Assembly: GCF_037042905.1 (NCBI RefSeq)
Contig: NC_087263.1
Span: forward strand, 8,186,001 to 8,250,000
Reading direction: 5' to 3'
Length of the DNA stretch: 64,000 nucleotides
From: Lytechinus pictus
Lineage: Eukaryota
The position numbers and the translations under genes were made by a program. Of this stretch, positions 54,001-61,600 are shown one piece after another (the first letter of the stretch is position 1; each line of letters opens with the position of its first letter). Below the pieces are notes generated by a model that saw only the letters and a program-made list of their open reading frames with translations, had not been told where the DNA came from and did no database searches.

Positions 54001-54966
54001 TAGGTTTACATTTATAAAGAGTTTTACTTTTATGCCTTCAGTGTACCGGTCTGATGACATCAAATCTAAATGCCACATTTCTTGATAACCACCAACAATA
54101 ATTCATTTTGCTTCCTACCCTTATCCAAATCATCATAATGATGAATAATAAACATAAGTCATTCAGGATTTTGTAGTATTATGTCATATTTTATCATCCT
54201 ATAGAATGTCCCCGTGGCCGATGGAACCTACCTTTATGTGATAGTTTGTGTGATAACTGCTACAATGGAGGAATCTGTCATCCTCAATCAGGAACGTGTA
54301 TCTGTCCCCCAGGATTCATGGGCAAGAACTGTTTAACTGGTGAGTCGTCGTCCAATCAAATATACTGTAAAATACAATAAAAGAGAAGACGCAATATCAA
54401 CATCGCAGTTTACAGGGGACTAAAATGTATAGTTTACTCATGTTATACTGAAATCTCCAATGAAAATGAAATAACCAAAACAATCACCGCACAAACTAGG
54501 CACTTTCACATAATCGTACGTTGATACCATCCAATATACCTCTTTTGTTTTTGTTTAGACTTCTCAGGCAGATATAAGATTGTTTTATAACGTAAATAAA
54601 ATTTGAAATTACCAGGCAGACCTAAATGAAAATATTTTTTCTGAAATATAATTAGTTAGTTTATATGAAAAAAAAACTGCTAACGTAGCCCTCGAAGCCA
54701 ATTTGGAAAATAAATTGACTAGTAGCATAAAGAACGATGATGAGATTTACACGGTTCCATGTACTCTAATCATGCTAATCGCTCGGATCATGGTTTGAAT
54801 TATTATTTTATTACAGCATGCGGTAAACACCTTTTTGGATGGGAGTGTGAACTCGAATGTGGTGCTGGTAATGTTCTTGATGCTTGCAGCGGAAGTCAAG
54901 TCTGTCTACCCGATCCCTATGGTTGCAACTGTCTCTCTGGTTACACAGGAATATACTGCGATGAAC
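4340..54966 (+). CDS. Multi-exon gene (partial, 3' end outside window): signal peptide-CTLD-CTLD-CTLD-Ig-Ig-EGF-EGF, Tie1/2-like receptor ectodomain with N-terminal C-type lectin domains
   Basis: 14 exons splice in frame with GT-AG boundaries and matching phases (1,0,2,1,0,2,1,0,2,1,1,1,1,1), giving 728 codons with no stop. Exons 12-14 align by eye with the Tie2 Ig2-EGF1-EGF2 region. Confidence 0.85.
5481..5637. mobile_element. Small hAT-like MITE
   Basis: TIR CAGGGTCCGCGGA / TCCGCGGCCCCTG; imperfect 8-bp flanks tcattact/tcatttac. Confidence 0.6.
5790..5944 (+). CDS. Exon 2: CTLD1 N-terminal part
   Basis: tgtag/ GSGQICNTPNWREFGKNQYLLVSNTGRTWNNAKEYCRSQGGDLAVITSHEQN /gtaagt; W..A..YC...GGDLA.I motif. 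Confidence 0.92.
6150..6645. mobile_element. Diverged Kolobok/T2-type MITE
   Basis: tttcatcaaaatcggatgtaaaataagaaag...ttcttatttcacacctgattttgatgaaa...gtggactt; same family as 191-727. Confidence 0.65.
7494..9224. mobile_element. Composite hAT-like non-autonomous element, copy 1 (outer MITE with nested MITE 7603-8791)
   Basis: Outer TIR CACTGG(T/C)GTAAATCC with perfect 8-bp TSD CAAGAAAT. Inner TIR CAGTGGCGTA with TSD tatgtcca/tatgttca and ~120-bp internal repeats containing GCGAGCGCGAAGCGCGAGCTG. Confidence 0.85.
10643..12115. mobile_element. Composite hAT-like element, copy 2, inverted relative to copy 1 (nested MITE 11069-12003)
   Basis: Reverse complement of 7494-9224 with fewer internal repeat units; inner TSD TGGACATA is perfect; sits inside a (TAG)n tract. 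Confidence 0.85.
13652..14587 (+). CDS. LINE ORF1p (coiled coil plus RRM/CTD nucleic-acid chaperone)
   Basis: Intact 311 aa ORF with coiled coil followed by EQYSRRNCLIFSGI, DIDRSHRL, PRNVIIKF, IYINENLT and WTQDG motifs. Confidence 0.9.
   Translation: MKSKSTAKGYNEVAATKGPSGPGRNHDAKPVGAMQASPTRKHHEQRSSARSRSPTRSTNSRFSDDGGEEGSAACEVPGVEEGLEVAIKKALQIILLEQSFVKNLVSSIKSVLVKEIESAVSDHVESILFENANLLEEVGRLKNRVESLEAAADEAEQYSRRNCLIFSGIAESANEDTDAKIIEVCQRNLGVTVKQEDIDRSHRLSSHAALENKQKDPRSRKPRNVIIKFSNYRAREAVYASKAKLKGLSIYINENLTRKRSQLFWQVKKGNLPQVHKVWTQDGRVTAMNKSGERVALSSVKDLGKLDQLKE
14959..18088 (+). pseudogene. LINE ORF2 (PHD finger + AP endonuclease + reverse transcriptase), disrupted
   Basis: PHD (CSIC...CTVC..WVH..C...WQCPKC); APE (HLNVRS, SETWL, GDFN, SDH); RT (YRPISVL, QSGFR, DLRKAFD, GVPQGS, YADD). 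In-frame TAG at 15973-15975 and a +1 frameshift in the A-run near 17750. Confidence 0.93.
19882..19994 (+). CDS. Exon 3: CTLD1 middle part
   Basis: ttttcaaag/ SFLNTYTLKSSIGYNYWIGLSYKDSDGKYTWVNNTPSG /gtaagt; WIGL motif; phase 0 to 2. Confidence 0.9.
20246..21060. repeat. 21-bp minisatellite array with internal inversion
   Basis: Unit ATATTATTTCGT(TC/GG)CCACG(C/A)A repeated to ~20895, then the reverse-complement unit to ~21060. Confidence 0.92.
21444..21568 (+). CDS. Exon 4: CTLD1 C-terminal part
   Basis: ctacaaag/ YCNLRPEGEEGGCVRLRTDHSGQWDGSGCADIRVHICQRDS /gtgatc; C-V...W...C...IC pattern; phase 2 to 1; weak donor. Confidence 0.85.
22495..22631 (+). CDS. Exon 5: CTLD2 N-terminal part
   Basis: ttttgcag/ DPRCSWNQYGQSFYRFMGDGRSFDSAQTECASIGGRLAIIRSTEIN /gtgagt. 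Confidence 0.92.
22930..23430. mobile_element. Kolobok/T2-type MITE (second subfamily, partial)
   Basis: TTAA-AGGGATGCTCCGGGCTGAAAA left end; a matching right-end type (ttttcagcctggacgatccctttaa) is seen at ~9930-9955. Confidence 0.6.
23813..25058. mobile_element. PIF/Harbinger-type non-autonomous element
   Basis: TIR GG(AT/GC)GGTATTCTGAG...TTTTATCT with 3-bp TSD CTG on both sides. Confidence 0.7.
23858..24385. mobile_element. Crypton-like non-autonomous element nested in the Harbinger-type element
   Basis: CCCGAGGGGCGAAGCCCCGAGG hairpin; subterminal ttatatcctac inverted against terminal gtaggatataa; gtcacatga..ccaat block. Same layout as 34487-36835. Confidence 0.5.
25405..27710 (+). mobile_element. 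5'-truncated L2/CR1-group LINE with 678-bp tandem duplication of its 5' part
   Basis: GVPQGSLLGPLLF, FADD, RFLGVLIDDKLSWKPHI motifs occur twice, offset by exactly 678 nt; C-terminal ORF2 remnant and AATAA tail. Confidence 0.88.
27884..27999 (+). CDS. Exon 6: CTLD2 middle part
   Basis: ttctcag/ TFLESFVTPALSSSYCYWFGLNRSSDSEPFSWNDGINL /gttggt; WFGL and F.W.DG motifs. Confidence 0.9.
28459..29004. mobile_element. Kolobok/T2-type MITE, complete
   Basis: TTAA TSD on both sides; CAAGTCCACCCC...GGGGTGGACTTGACCT termini. Confidence 0.85.
29141..30221. mobile_element. Non-autonomous DNA element with long TIRs and 4-bp TSD
   Basis: TIR CAGTCAGAC(C/T)GCAGGTC; TSD TGTT; internal inverted match ttaatcgggtcaagatcacacttttc (~29515 vs ~29803). 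Confidence 0.75.
30840..30988 (+). CDS. Exon 7: CTLD2 C-terminal part
   Basis: attttag/ SDPHWAPDEPSSSIGQSCGCLWSDGNNDNHGRWDSRTCEDALPYICERPQ /gtacat; W...EP and W...C...YICE motifs. Confidence 0.9.
31211..31489 (-). mobile_element. tRNA-derived SINE (Deu/Nin-core-like)
   Basis: Minus strand: GGGGCGTCGTGGTCTAGT head, B-box-like GGTTTGATTCCC, core actcaactcgggtgatgtaaataggtaccg; homologous to 50443-50722. Confidence 0.75.
31744..31892 (+). CDS. Exon 8: CTLD3 N-terminal part
   Basis: ttacgcag/ IPLNGKWIEIAAVNDVQYYFSTFSANYFNANEYCRQIGGHLAQLKTSTLY /gtaagt. Confidence 0.9.
32548..33683. mobile_element. Tc1/mariner-type MITE
   Basis: TA-CAGT...ACTG-TA ends; long TIRs (aaaaacgggacagttttgaaaagt / acttttcaaaactgtcccgc). 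Confidence 0.8.
33756..33874 (+). CDS. Exon 9: CTLD3 middle part
   Basis: tatag/ SAVRDHFSSLGVFSFFFGLDDLMKEGEFRWADGTLLSETG /gtaaga; GL.D...EG.F.W.DG motif. Confidence 0.92.
33960..34480. repeat. (TAG)n microsatellite; similar tracts at ~5384-5470, 10390-10490 and 12116-12210
   Basis: Direct inspection. Confidence 0.95.
34487..36835. mobile_element. Crypton-like element with tyrosine-recombinase remnant
   Basis: Hairpin GAAGCGAAGCTGAGG; subterminal tatattccacat inverted against terminal atgtggagata; atcacgtgatt..gaccaat block. Minus-strand SGHKSETNIKHYAQTSDQQK at ~36420-36499. Confidence 0.6.
35147..35327. mobile_element. hAT-like MITE
   Basis: CAGGGGCGGATCC...GATCCTCGCCTG with perfect 8-bp TSD TGATGGAC. 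Confidence 0.85.
37647..37783 (+). CDS. Exon 10: CTLD3 C-terminal part
   Basis: tttcag/ YSQWIPGNPDNYLGNEHCVERNVYTGTWNDRPCDFQRRFVCEKPK /gtaggc; NPD, E.CV and WND motifs. Confidence 0.93.
38292..38677. mobile_element. Non-autonomous DNA element with GG..CC termini and subterminal short repeats
   Basis: Imperfect TIR GGTAAATTGCCAATTCGTC / GACGAATTGAAATAAACC; perfect 8-bp TSD TCGAAAAG. Confidence 0.75.
39025..40211. mobile_element. Solo LTR (Gypsy-like by 4-bp TSD)
   Basis: TGTTA...TAACA termini flanked by duplicated GGAC. The uninterrupted MITE copy has a single ggaccaac at ~457. Confidence 0.75.
39268..39826. mobile_element. TIR element nested in the solo LTR (PIF/Harbinger-ISL2EU group-like)
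   Basis: Perfect TIR AGCGCGTTTTCGCCCAGCGTCGTACGACG; flanking AAT duplication (a TA reading is also possible). Confidence 0.8.
45016..47838 (-). mobile_element. 5'-truncated degraded L2/CR1-group LINE
   Basis: Minus strand: PTRVTRHSATLIDNVF (APE end), QFGFR, DLSKAF, GIPQGSVLGPLLFLVYI, FADDT; (TTGAA)-like tail; flanked by (TA)n; ~260-bp foreign insert at ~46150-46410. Confidence 0.88.
47845..48575. mobile_element. Tc1/mariner-type MITE
   Basis: TA-CAGTGCGTATCAAAAAAA...TTTTTTTATACGCACTG inside a TA tract. Confidence 0.75.
48592..50153. mobile_element. Tc1-like MITE with internal 242-bp tandem array
   Basis: TIR TAAAC(T/C)CCTC(C)AAAAAAGTTTGGAAATCTGA; about four 242-bp units (48620-49590) and two further related units (49747-50135). 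Confidence 0.8.
50443..50722 (-). mobile_element. tRNA-derived SINE (Deu/Nin-core-like) with CR1-group LINE-type tail
   Basis: Minus strand: GGAGCGTCGTGGCCCATTGG (A box), GGATCAAATCC (B box), core ACTCGACCCAGGTGAGGTAAATGGGTACCGGC, (TTA)n tail. Confidence 0.82.
50758..51069 (+). CDS. Exon 11: Ig-like domain 1 (position of Tie Ig1)
   Basis: ctctgcag/ VPPLHVIAMTSTPF...TFSCV...ETSVGVYRCSST...ADVTILSQE /gtacgt; B- and F-strand cysteines with G.Y.C motif; phase 1-1. Confidence 0.88.
52037..52318 (+). CDS. Exon 12: Ig-like domain 2 (Tie Ig2-like)
   Basis: ttttag/ RHFQPSDGRLTKTVYPGDDITLAVS...IRW...NADIYGTF...LIRVIVI /gtaagt; resembles Tie2 F.P..LT.TV..GD...RLIV and is likewise cysteine-free. Confidence 0.9.
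52508..53326. mobile_element. Tc1/mariner-type MITE with ~340-bp TIRs
   Basis: TA-CAGTGCGTCCCACA...TGTGGGACGCACTT-TA; arms complementary over most of the length. Confidence 0.85.
53636..53877. mobile_element. hAT-like MITE
   Basis: CACTGGCGGATCC...GGATTCGTCCCTG with perfect 8-bp TSD ATTTGCAG. Confidence 0.82.
54205..54339 (+). CDS. Exon 13: EGF-like repeat 1
   Basis: cctatag/ ECPRGRWNLPLCDSLCDNCYNGGICHPQSGTCICPPGFMGKNCLT /gtgagt; CICPPGFMG as in Tie2. Confidence 0.95.
54817..54966 (+). CDS. Exon 14: EGF-like repeat 2
   Basis: ttacag/ ACGKHLFGWECELECGAGNVLDACSGSQVCLPDPYGCNCLSGYTGIYCDE /gtaagt; Tie-type CLPDPYGC.C motif. Confidence 0.95.
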
Positions 54967-55610
54967 GTAAGTTCTGGAGCAATATTAAAATAATAATACA
55001 CTATAATCTAGATTTCCATTACATAGCTCCTATGATATTATACAGTGGCATATCGGAGATGCACGCAGGGCAGAACTGTAATCAGACGATTTGGAAAAAA
55101 AAAAATTAAATTATTTATGGATTAAAAAAAAAAATATGAGTTAGGTATTGTCATTTTTGCTGTTTTAGGAAATTGGCAAAGCCGATCTCCTAATATTTAT
55201 ATAAAAGTTAGGTCCTACCTTAATTCTTGCTCGCCAGAAGATAGAATGTGGTCCAGCCGCTCAGAATATCAGGTAAATTGCACAAATCCGTGAATAGAAA
55301 TATATACACTTCACAATTTCAAATACAGTAGATTAGAAAAAAGGGATAGATGTCACAAAATGTCTCGCGAAGTAATGAGCTCACTAAATATGCAGAGAAT
55401 ATAGACTTCGAATGAGTGGAAGTGACGGTAAGGAATAAGATTGGAAAATGCAGAGAAATAATTAAGTATAAGTTGATCCTCCACAAGATTTGATTCAATC
55501 CTCACTAGCAGCTGGATGAGATGGTCAGCATGAGTGGACAGGACGAAGGCAGAGAGTAGAGTGATGATGTGGTAGAGAAAACAAGTTGTTTTTACCAACA
55601 TCAGAAATAG

Positions 55611-58600
55611 TAGAGCGGATTAGCTCCAAAAATCACAACAATTGTGCAAATTTTGACTAAAGCATGAAACTTTCACAAGTATTAGTATATGCCGTAAGAT
55701 TTATTTTAAAGGTGGGAGGTAAATTTTAAAATGCCATTTTCGACCGTTGCCATGGCAACGGATTAATTTCTCAAAAATGACATACATTCCCATGTAAATG
55801 GTAAATAAACATGACATAGATGACCAAAATGATAATTTTCAAGTTCCCAATTGAATATATATAAAATTTAGAAACATTCAAAATTAACAAGATAGTTCCA
55901 ATTGGTCCGTTGCCATGGCAATGGCTTGTTTTTCCCCAGAAAAATAAAAAAACTGATTAAAAAAACGTTGTAGAATAGGATTTATCTTTAATTTCCCCTA
56001 ATTTTACAGTGTTAAACAACGATATTTTGGTTGCTCAATGTATAAACTACATCTCAAGCCATTGCCATGGCAACCAAATAACATCTAATTTACAAAAATA
56101 ACATGGTAAACTAGACAATGGACAGGTGGAAAATACAACTGGAAATGACTTAATCTGTATGCTTAAGTTTTGACCCCCTCATTTGAACAAAAAATACAGA
56201 ATGTGTTCTGCAGGAGTTCTTTATAAAGATAAAACATTATGTTGCCTTGGTAATGCTTGAATTAAATAAAAAAAACGAATGTTGCAAAGATCCCGTTGCC
56301 ATGGCAACAGTTTATTTCCCTCTAGAAAGGTAAAAATATTGATAAAAATATAGAATACATGTATGATCATCATTCCATTTTCAATATTTTTAAGGAACTA
56401 ATCAAAATATGATTGTGACTACATTTATAAATATAAAATCTTAAGCCATTGCCATGGCAACCAGATAACATCTAATTTAAAAAACAACAGCAGGGATGAC
56501 AAGGTTATGGATAGGTGAAAAGTACAATGAAAATTAACTTATGTAAATGCATAAGGTTTGACCTACTCGATTAATTTAGGGGAAATAATACAGTGAGTGT
56601 TCTGCATGAACTAATTGGAATGATACAGATTGATGTTGCCTTGGTAATACTTGAATTCAACGATAAATATAAATGTTGCAAATTGTCTGTTGCCATAGCA
56701 ACGGATTATTTAGTACCAGTTTTTATTAAAAAAGGACTATAGAATCTGGTTTTTCTTGCATTTCCCCCAATCTTAGTGTGTTAAACATAGATATGTTTGA
56801 TGCAAATTGTTTAAATAAAATCTAAAGCTATTGCCATGGCAACCAAATAATATCTAATTCACAAAAAAAATAATAATTTGGATGACAAGATCATGGACAG
56901 GTGGAAAATACAAATATAACTCAATATGCGAAAGGTTTGGCTAGTCATTTAATTTTAAACAAAAAATTCACTAAGTATTCTGCATGAGTTCATTAGAATA
57001 ATAAATTGATGTTGCCTTGGTAATTCTTGAATTAAATGATAAATATTAATAATTCAAATGTTCTGTTGCCATGGCAACAGCTCATTTCCCCCAGAAAAGT
57101 ATCAGCAGCTTTGATAAATAAAAACATGATAAAATCTGATTTTTCTTTCATTTCCCTTAAGTTAAGGGTGTTAGAAAATATATGTTTGCGGTTAATATGT
57201 AGATAACATCTTCAGCCATTGCCTTGGCAACCAATCAAGATGTAATTTATAAATACAAAAAAAATTACTGTTGAAATGATAATGGTCAGGTGGGATGTAA
57301 AATAAAGTTTTACTTTTAAAAGCTACATAATGTTTGACCAGTCATTAAAGGGGAATGAAACCTTTGGAACAAGTAGGCTTGTGTCGAAACAGAAAAATCA
57401 AAGAATAAGAACAAAGAAAGTTTGAGAAAAATCAGACAAATAATAAGAAGTTATGAGCATTTGAATATTGCAATCTCTAATGCTATGGAGATCCTCCCAT
57501 TGGCAACGCTACAAGGATGTGTGATGTCACACATGAACAACTTTCCCTTTGATGGACCCTGAAAATGTGTCTTTTTTCTTTTTCGTATGGTGATACAAAC
57601 TCTTTATCCATGATGTATTCTTTAAAAATCTGTATTACATGCCCTCCTATAGAAAGAATACATGTTCTACTGATAGATGTAATAAAAGAGGCAATTTAAG
57701 TGAAATATATACTAAAGTAATGGGGAGAGTTGTTCAAGAGTGACATCACACATCTTTGTCGCATTGCCAATGTGAGGATCTCCATAGCATTAGTGATCGC
57801 AATATTCAAAATCTCATAACTTTCTCATTATTTGTCCGATTTTTCTCAAACTTTCATTGATCTGTTTCTTAGATTTTTCTGTTTTCACACAAGCTATCTT
57901 GTTCCAAAGGTTTCATTCTCCTTTAAGTTTTGAACAAAAATTACAGTAAGTGTTCTGCATGAGTACAATAGCATGATAAAAACTGATGCTGCCTTGGTAA
58001 TGGTTGAATTTAATATCATTTTTTTGCAAATGTGTAACGGATCGTTTTTCCCCCAGAAAATACCATCTTTGATAAAAAAAATACCTAGTAGAATCTTATT
58101 TTTCATTCATTTCCACTAAGGTTAGGGTGTCAAACATACACGTACATGTTTGTTGTTAAATGTATAAATAAAATTTTAAGGCGTTGAAATGGCAATAACA
58201 TAACATTTCATTTACAAAAAAACATAGCTGACAAGATAATGGACCGAAGGAAAATACAATAAAATTAACTGAATATGCGTAAGGTTTGACCTACTCTTTT
58301 AATTTTGAACAAAAGTTACATTAAGTGTTATGCATGATTTCATTAGGATGACAAAAATTACTTTTGTTTTGGTAATGCTTGAACATAGTGATGAATATCA
58401 ATGTTACAAATGGCTCCAGAAAAGTACAAATTTTGATAAAAATATGTTTATTTATTTCCTTTTCCCTTATAGGAGGTTGCTGAACATAAATATGCTACAT
58501 GATAAGCACCATCTTATTTCATTATACATGGCATCGAAATAAGACCTACAAAAATCACATCAGACTTTTTTGGGCTCAAATAAATTCCCGAAACTCTAAT

Positions 58601-61600
58601 TTTGATGCTGGACAATTACGTTCAAAGTATTCGCAGGCGGCCATTTTGAAGAAAGCGTTTTGGGGTGATTTGTGTTTTAAAGCTGTTCATCATATCAATA
58701 TCTAAGGGGATTATAGGGGTTGATGAATCAAAATCTTAAGTCTATTTGAGGAGTAGACATGGTCTTGATATCCTAATCAAGGTAAATACAGTAAATCAAT
58801 TTTTACATGGAGATCATGAAATCATGAAATCCTTCCTTGTTCGACTGTTTTAGCATACTTGGCTTGAAATATGATAGCAAAGCACTATTAGGCATCATCT
58901 GCCAGGATACACCTTTTAATTCCTGCATACAAATGTCAGAAAATCGTTACTTTGTGAAAATTCCCATAATTTCTTTAAAAATTCATGAAAATTGCCGAAA
59001 ATTAAAAAAAATTCCCACAAAAGTCACGTTTATTCCCATGGAAAGTTTCCATCAAGAAAATTCCCGGGAATTTGCAACCCGTCTCCCCCCCCCCCCCCCT
59101 CCCAAAAAAGAAAAAAAATCATTATCAAGAAAGAATACGGAGAAAGTGAAAGAGAGATGGATAAAATATGATTATTTTACGAATAATATACCAAAAAGGA
59201 AAATTTTTGAAATTTTTGCTCTGTCGCTGGCTCGGTGAGAACATTTTAAAGTAAATTTTGCTTGATATGTCATATCTGGCCCCCTCAAAATTGCACTGCT
59301 GATTTTGAAGAAGAAAATTTTGTAATACTGTGATAATTTTTAAAGTAACATATGAATCTATTCAACGCCAAGTGTAATCTATTCACTGGTTATTTTACAT
59401 GAAAAGTAGACTCGTCAAATAAAATAAAAAATACCTTTACTGGTTGAAAGGTTAAAAATAATTTAAGCAAGGGTATTCCAAGATGGTGCCCTCAGTGGGT
59501 GCCATAGGCTAAAAATCCACAATTCATCCATTACTTGATAAAATGGCTTTAATTTGGTTTCTATTCATTGGTTTTAAGGATCAACTAGTACATTGGACCA
59601 AGTTACAGGGAAAGCCAGTGGTCTGGAATGTCCAAAAATCCAAGATGGCTTCAAAAAATTGAATCTAAAATGGTTGCTTATACCTAAAGCGGACATAGCT
59701 CATTTCATATTGGCCTGGAGGATAATATTTTGGTGTCTAAATCATTGGTTTCAAGAGTAAATCATTGGTTTCAAGAGTCTAACAATATTAGTACAAGTTA
59801 CAATGACAGTCAGGTGTATTCGAAAATCCAATATGGCTTCCAAAAACTATTCTAAAATGGCTGCTGATACTTAAAAGTGGAATAACTCCTTTTATATTCA
59901 CCTGTGAGATATGATTTTGGTGTCTAAACCATAGTTTCAAAAGTGAAATAATAAATTAGGACATAGTTTGTTCAATATCTGTCTGGGTAATATGATTTGA
60001 TGTCTAAACCATCATCATAAAACCATGGTTTAATGCATTAGAACAAGTTACAAGGACAACCAATGGACTGGTATGTTAAAAAATCCAAGATGGCCTCCAA
60101 AATGGGGTCTAAATTGACTGTTGTTACTTCGAAATGGACATATAATGCATTAATAATGCACATTGGGGTATGATTTTGGTGTCTACACTAGTGTTTCAGG
60201 GGTCAACTAATACTGTACATTGTGTCAAGTTGAATGGACAGTCAGGTGTCAATATTGTGTCCAAAAATTCAAAGATCGTTTGAAAAATGGGGGTTTTAAT
60301 GTTACTTAAAAGTGGACAAAGTACATTAAAAAATACTCCTGGGGATGTTATTTTGGTGTCTACATTAGAATTTCAAGGATCAAATGATACGTTGGGACTG
60401 GTTACAATGATGTATAGATGTCCATTTTGCCTGAAAATCCAAGATGGCATCAATGAATGGGTTAAAAAATGACGACTGTTACGTTGAAGTGGATATGATA
60501 TCCACTTGTGAGAATCTACCTTGGATTTTGGACAAAATTGAAAACTAACCATCCTTGTTACTTGTCCTAATGTAATAGTGGACCCTTCATACCACAGTGT
60601 AGACACCAAAGATGTTTCTCACAGGTTGTATGAACTCTGATAATTTTTGAGTGATAGAAGTCATTTTAGATTCCATTTTGGTCACCCTCTTGGATTTTTA
60701 GGCAATTTGGACAACTGGATATCATTGTAACAAGTCTAAACGTATTTTTCGAAACTTTAAACCAAAGTTTGAACACCAAAATCATTTTTCCTTGGTTGAC
60801 TTTCAATGAACTATGTCAATTTTTAAGCAACAGACTCCAATTAAACCCCGATTGTTTGAAGCCATCTTAGATGTTTAGACATATTGGATTACTCACTGTC
60901 CTTGTAACTTGTTCCATGTCATGATGTATTTACTGACTTTTTAAACCATGGTTTAGATATCAAAATAATATGCCCTTGGCAGATATTACACGAAATATGT
61001 CAATTCTTTAGTAACAGGGCTATTCTATAATCCATTTTTTGAAGCCACCTTGGATTTTTGACATACTTGACCACTGAGTGTTCTTGTAACTTGTCCTAAT
61101 GTATAGTTTGACACATTTTACCATGGCATAAACTTATTCCAGGCTATTAAACAATCTACGTTTTTTTAATGCAGCAACAACAATTTTAGACTCTATTTTC
61201 AAAGCCATCTTGGATTTTTTAAATATACTGGACAACTGACTGTCCGTGTAACTTGTCATAGTGTATTACTTGACCATTGAAACCATGGTCTAGACACCAA
61301 ATCATATATCCCAGACGGATATGAAATAAGCTATGTCCATTTATATATCAACAGCCATTTCAAACTCCATTTTTGGAAGCTGTCTCAGGGTCTTGGACAC
61401 ATCAGACCACTGGCTGTCCTTGTAACTAGTCACAATATACTACTTCACCCTTAAAACCATTGCATAGAAACCACATTAAGCCACTGGAATTAGATGTAAT
61501 TTGGTTGTCATGGCAATGGCATAAGTTATTTGTATATCAACAGCAAACATAATGCTTTGCACTAAAAAATTAGGGGAAATTTATGACAAAATGCAGATTC

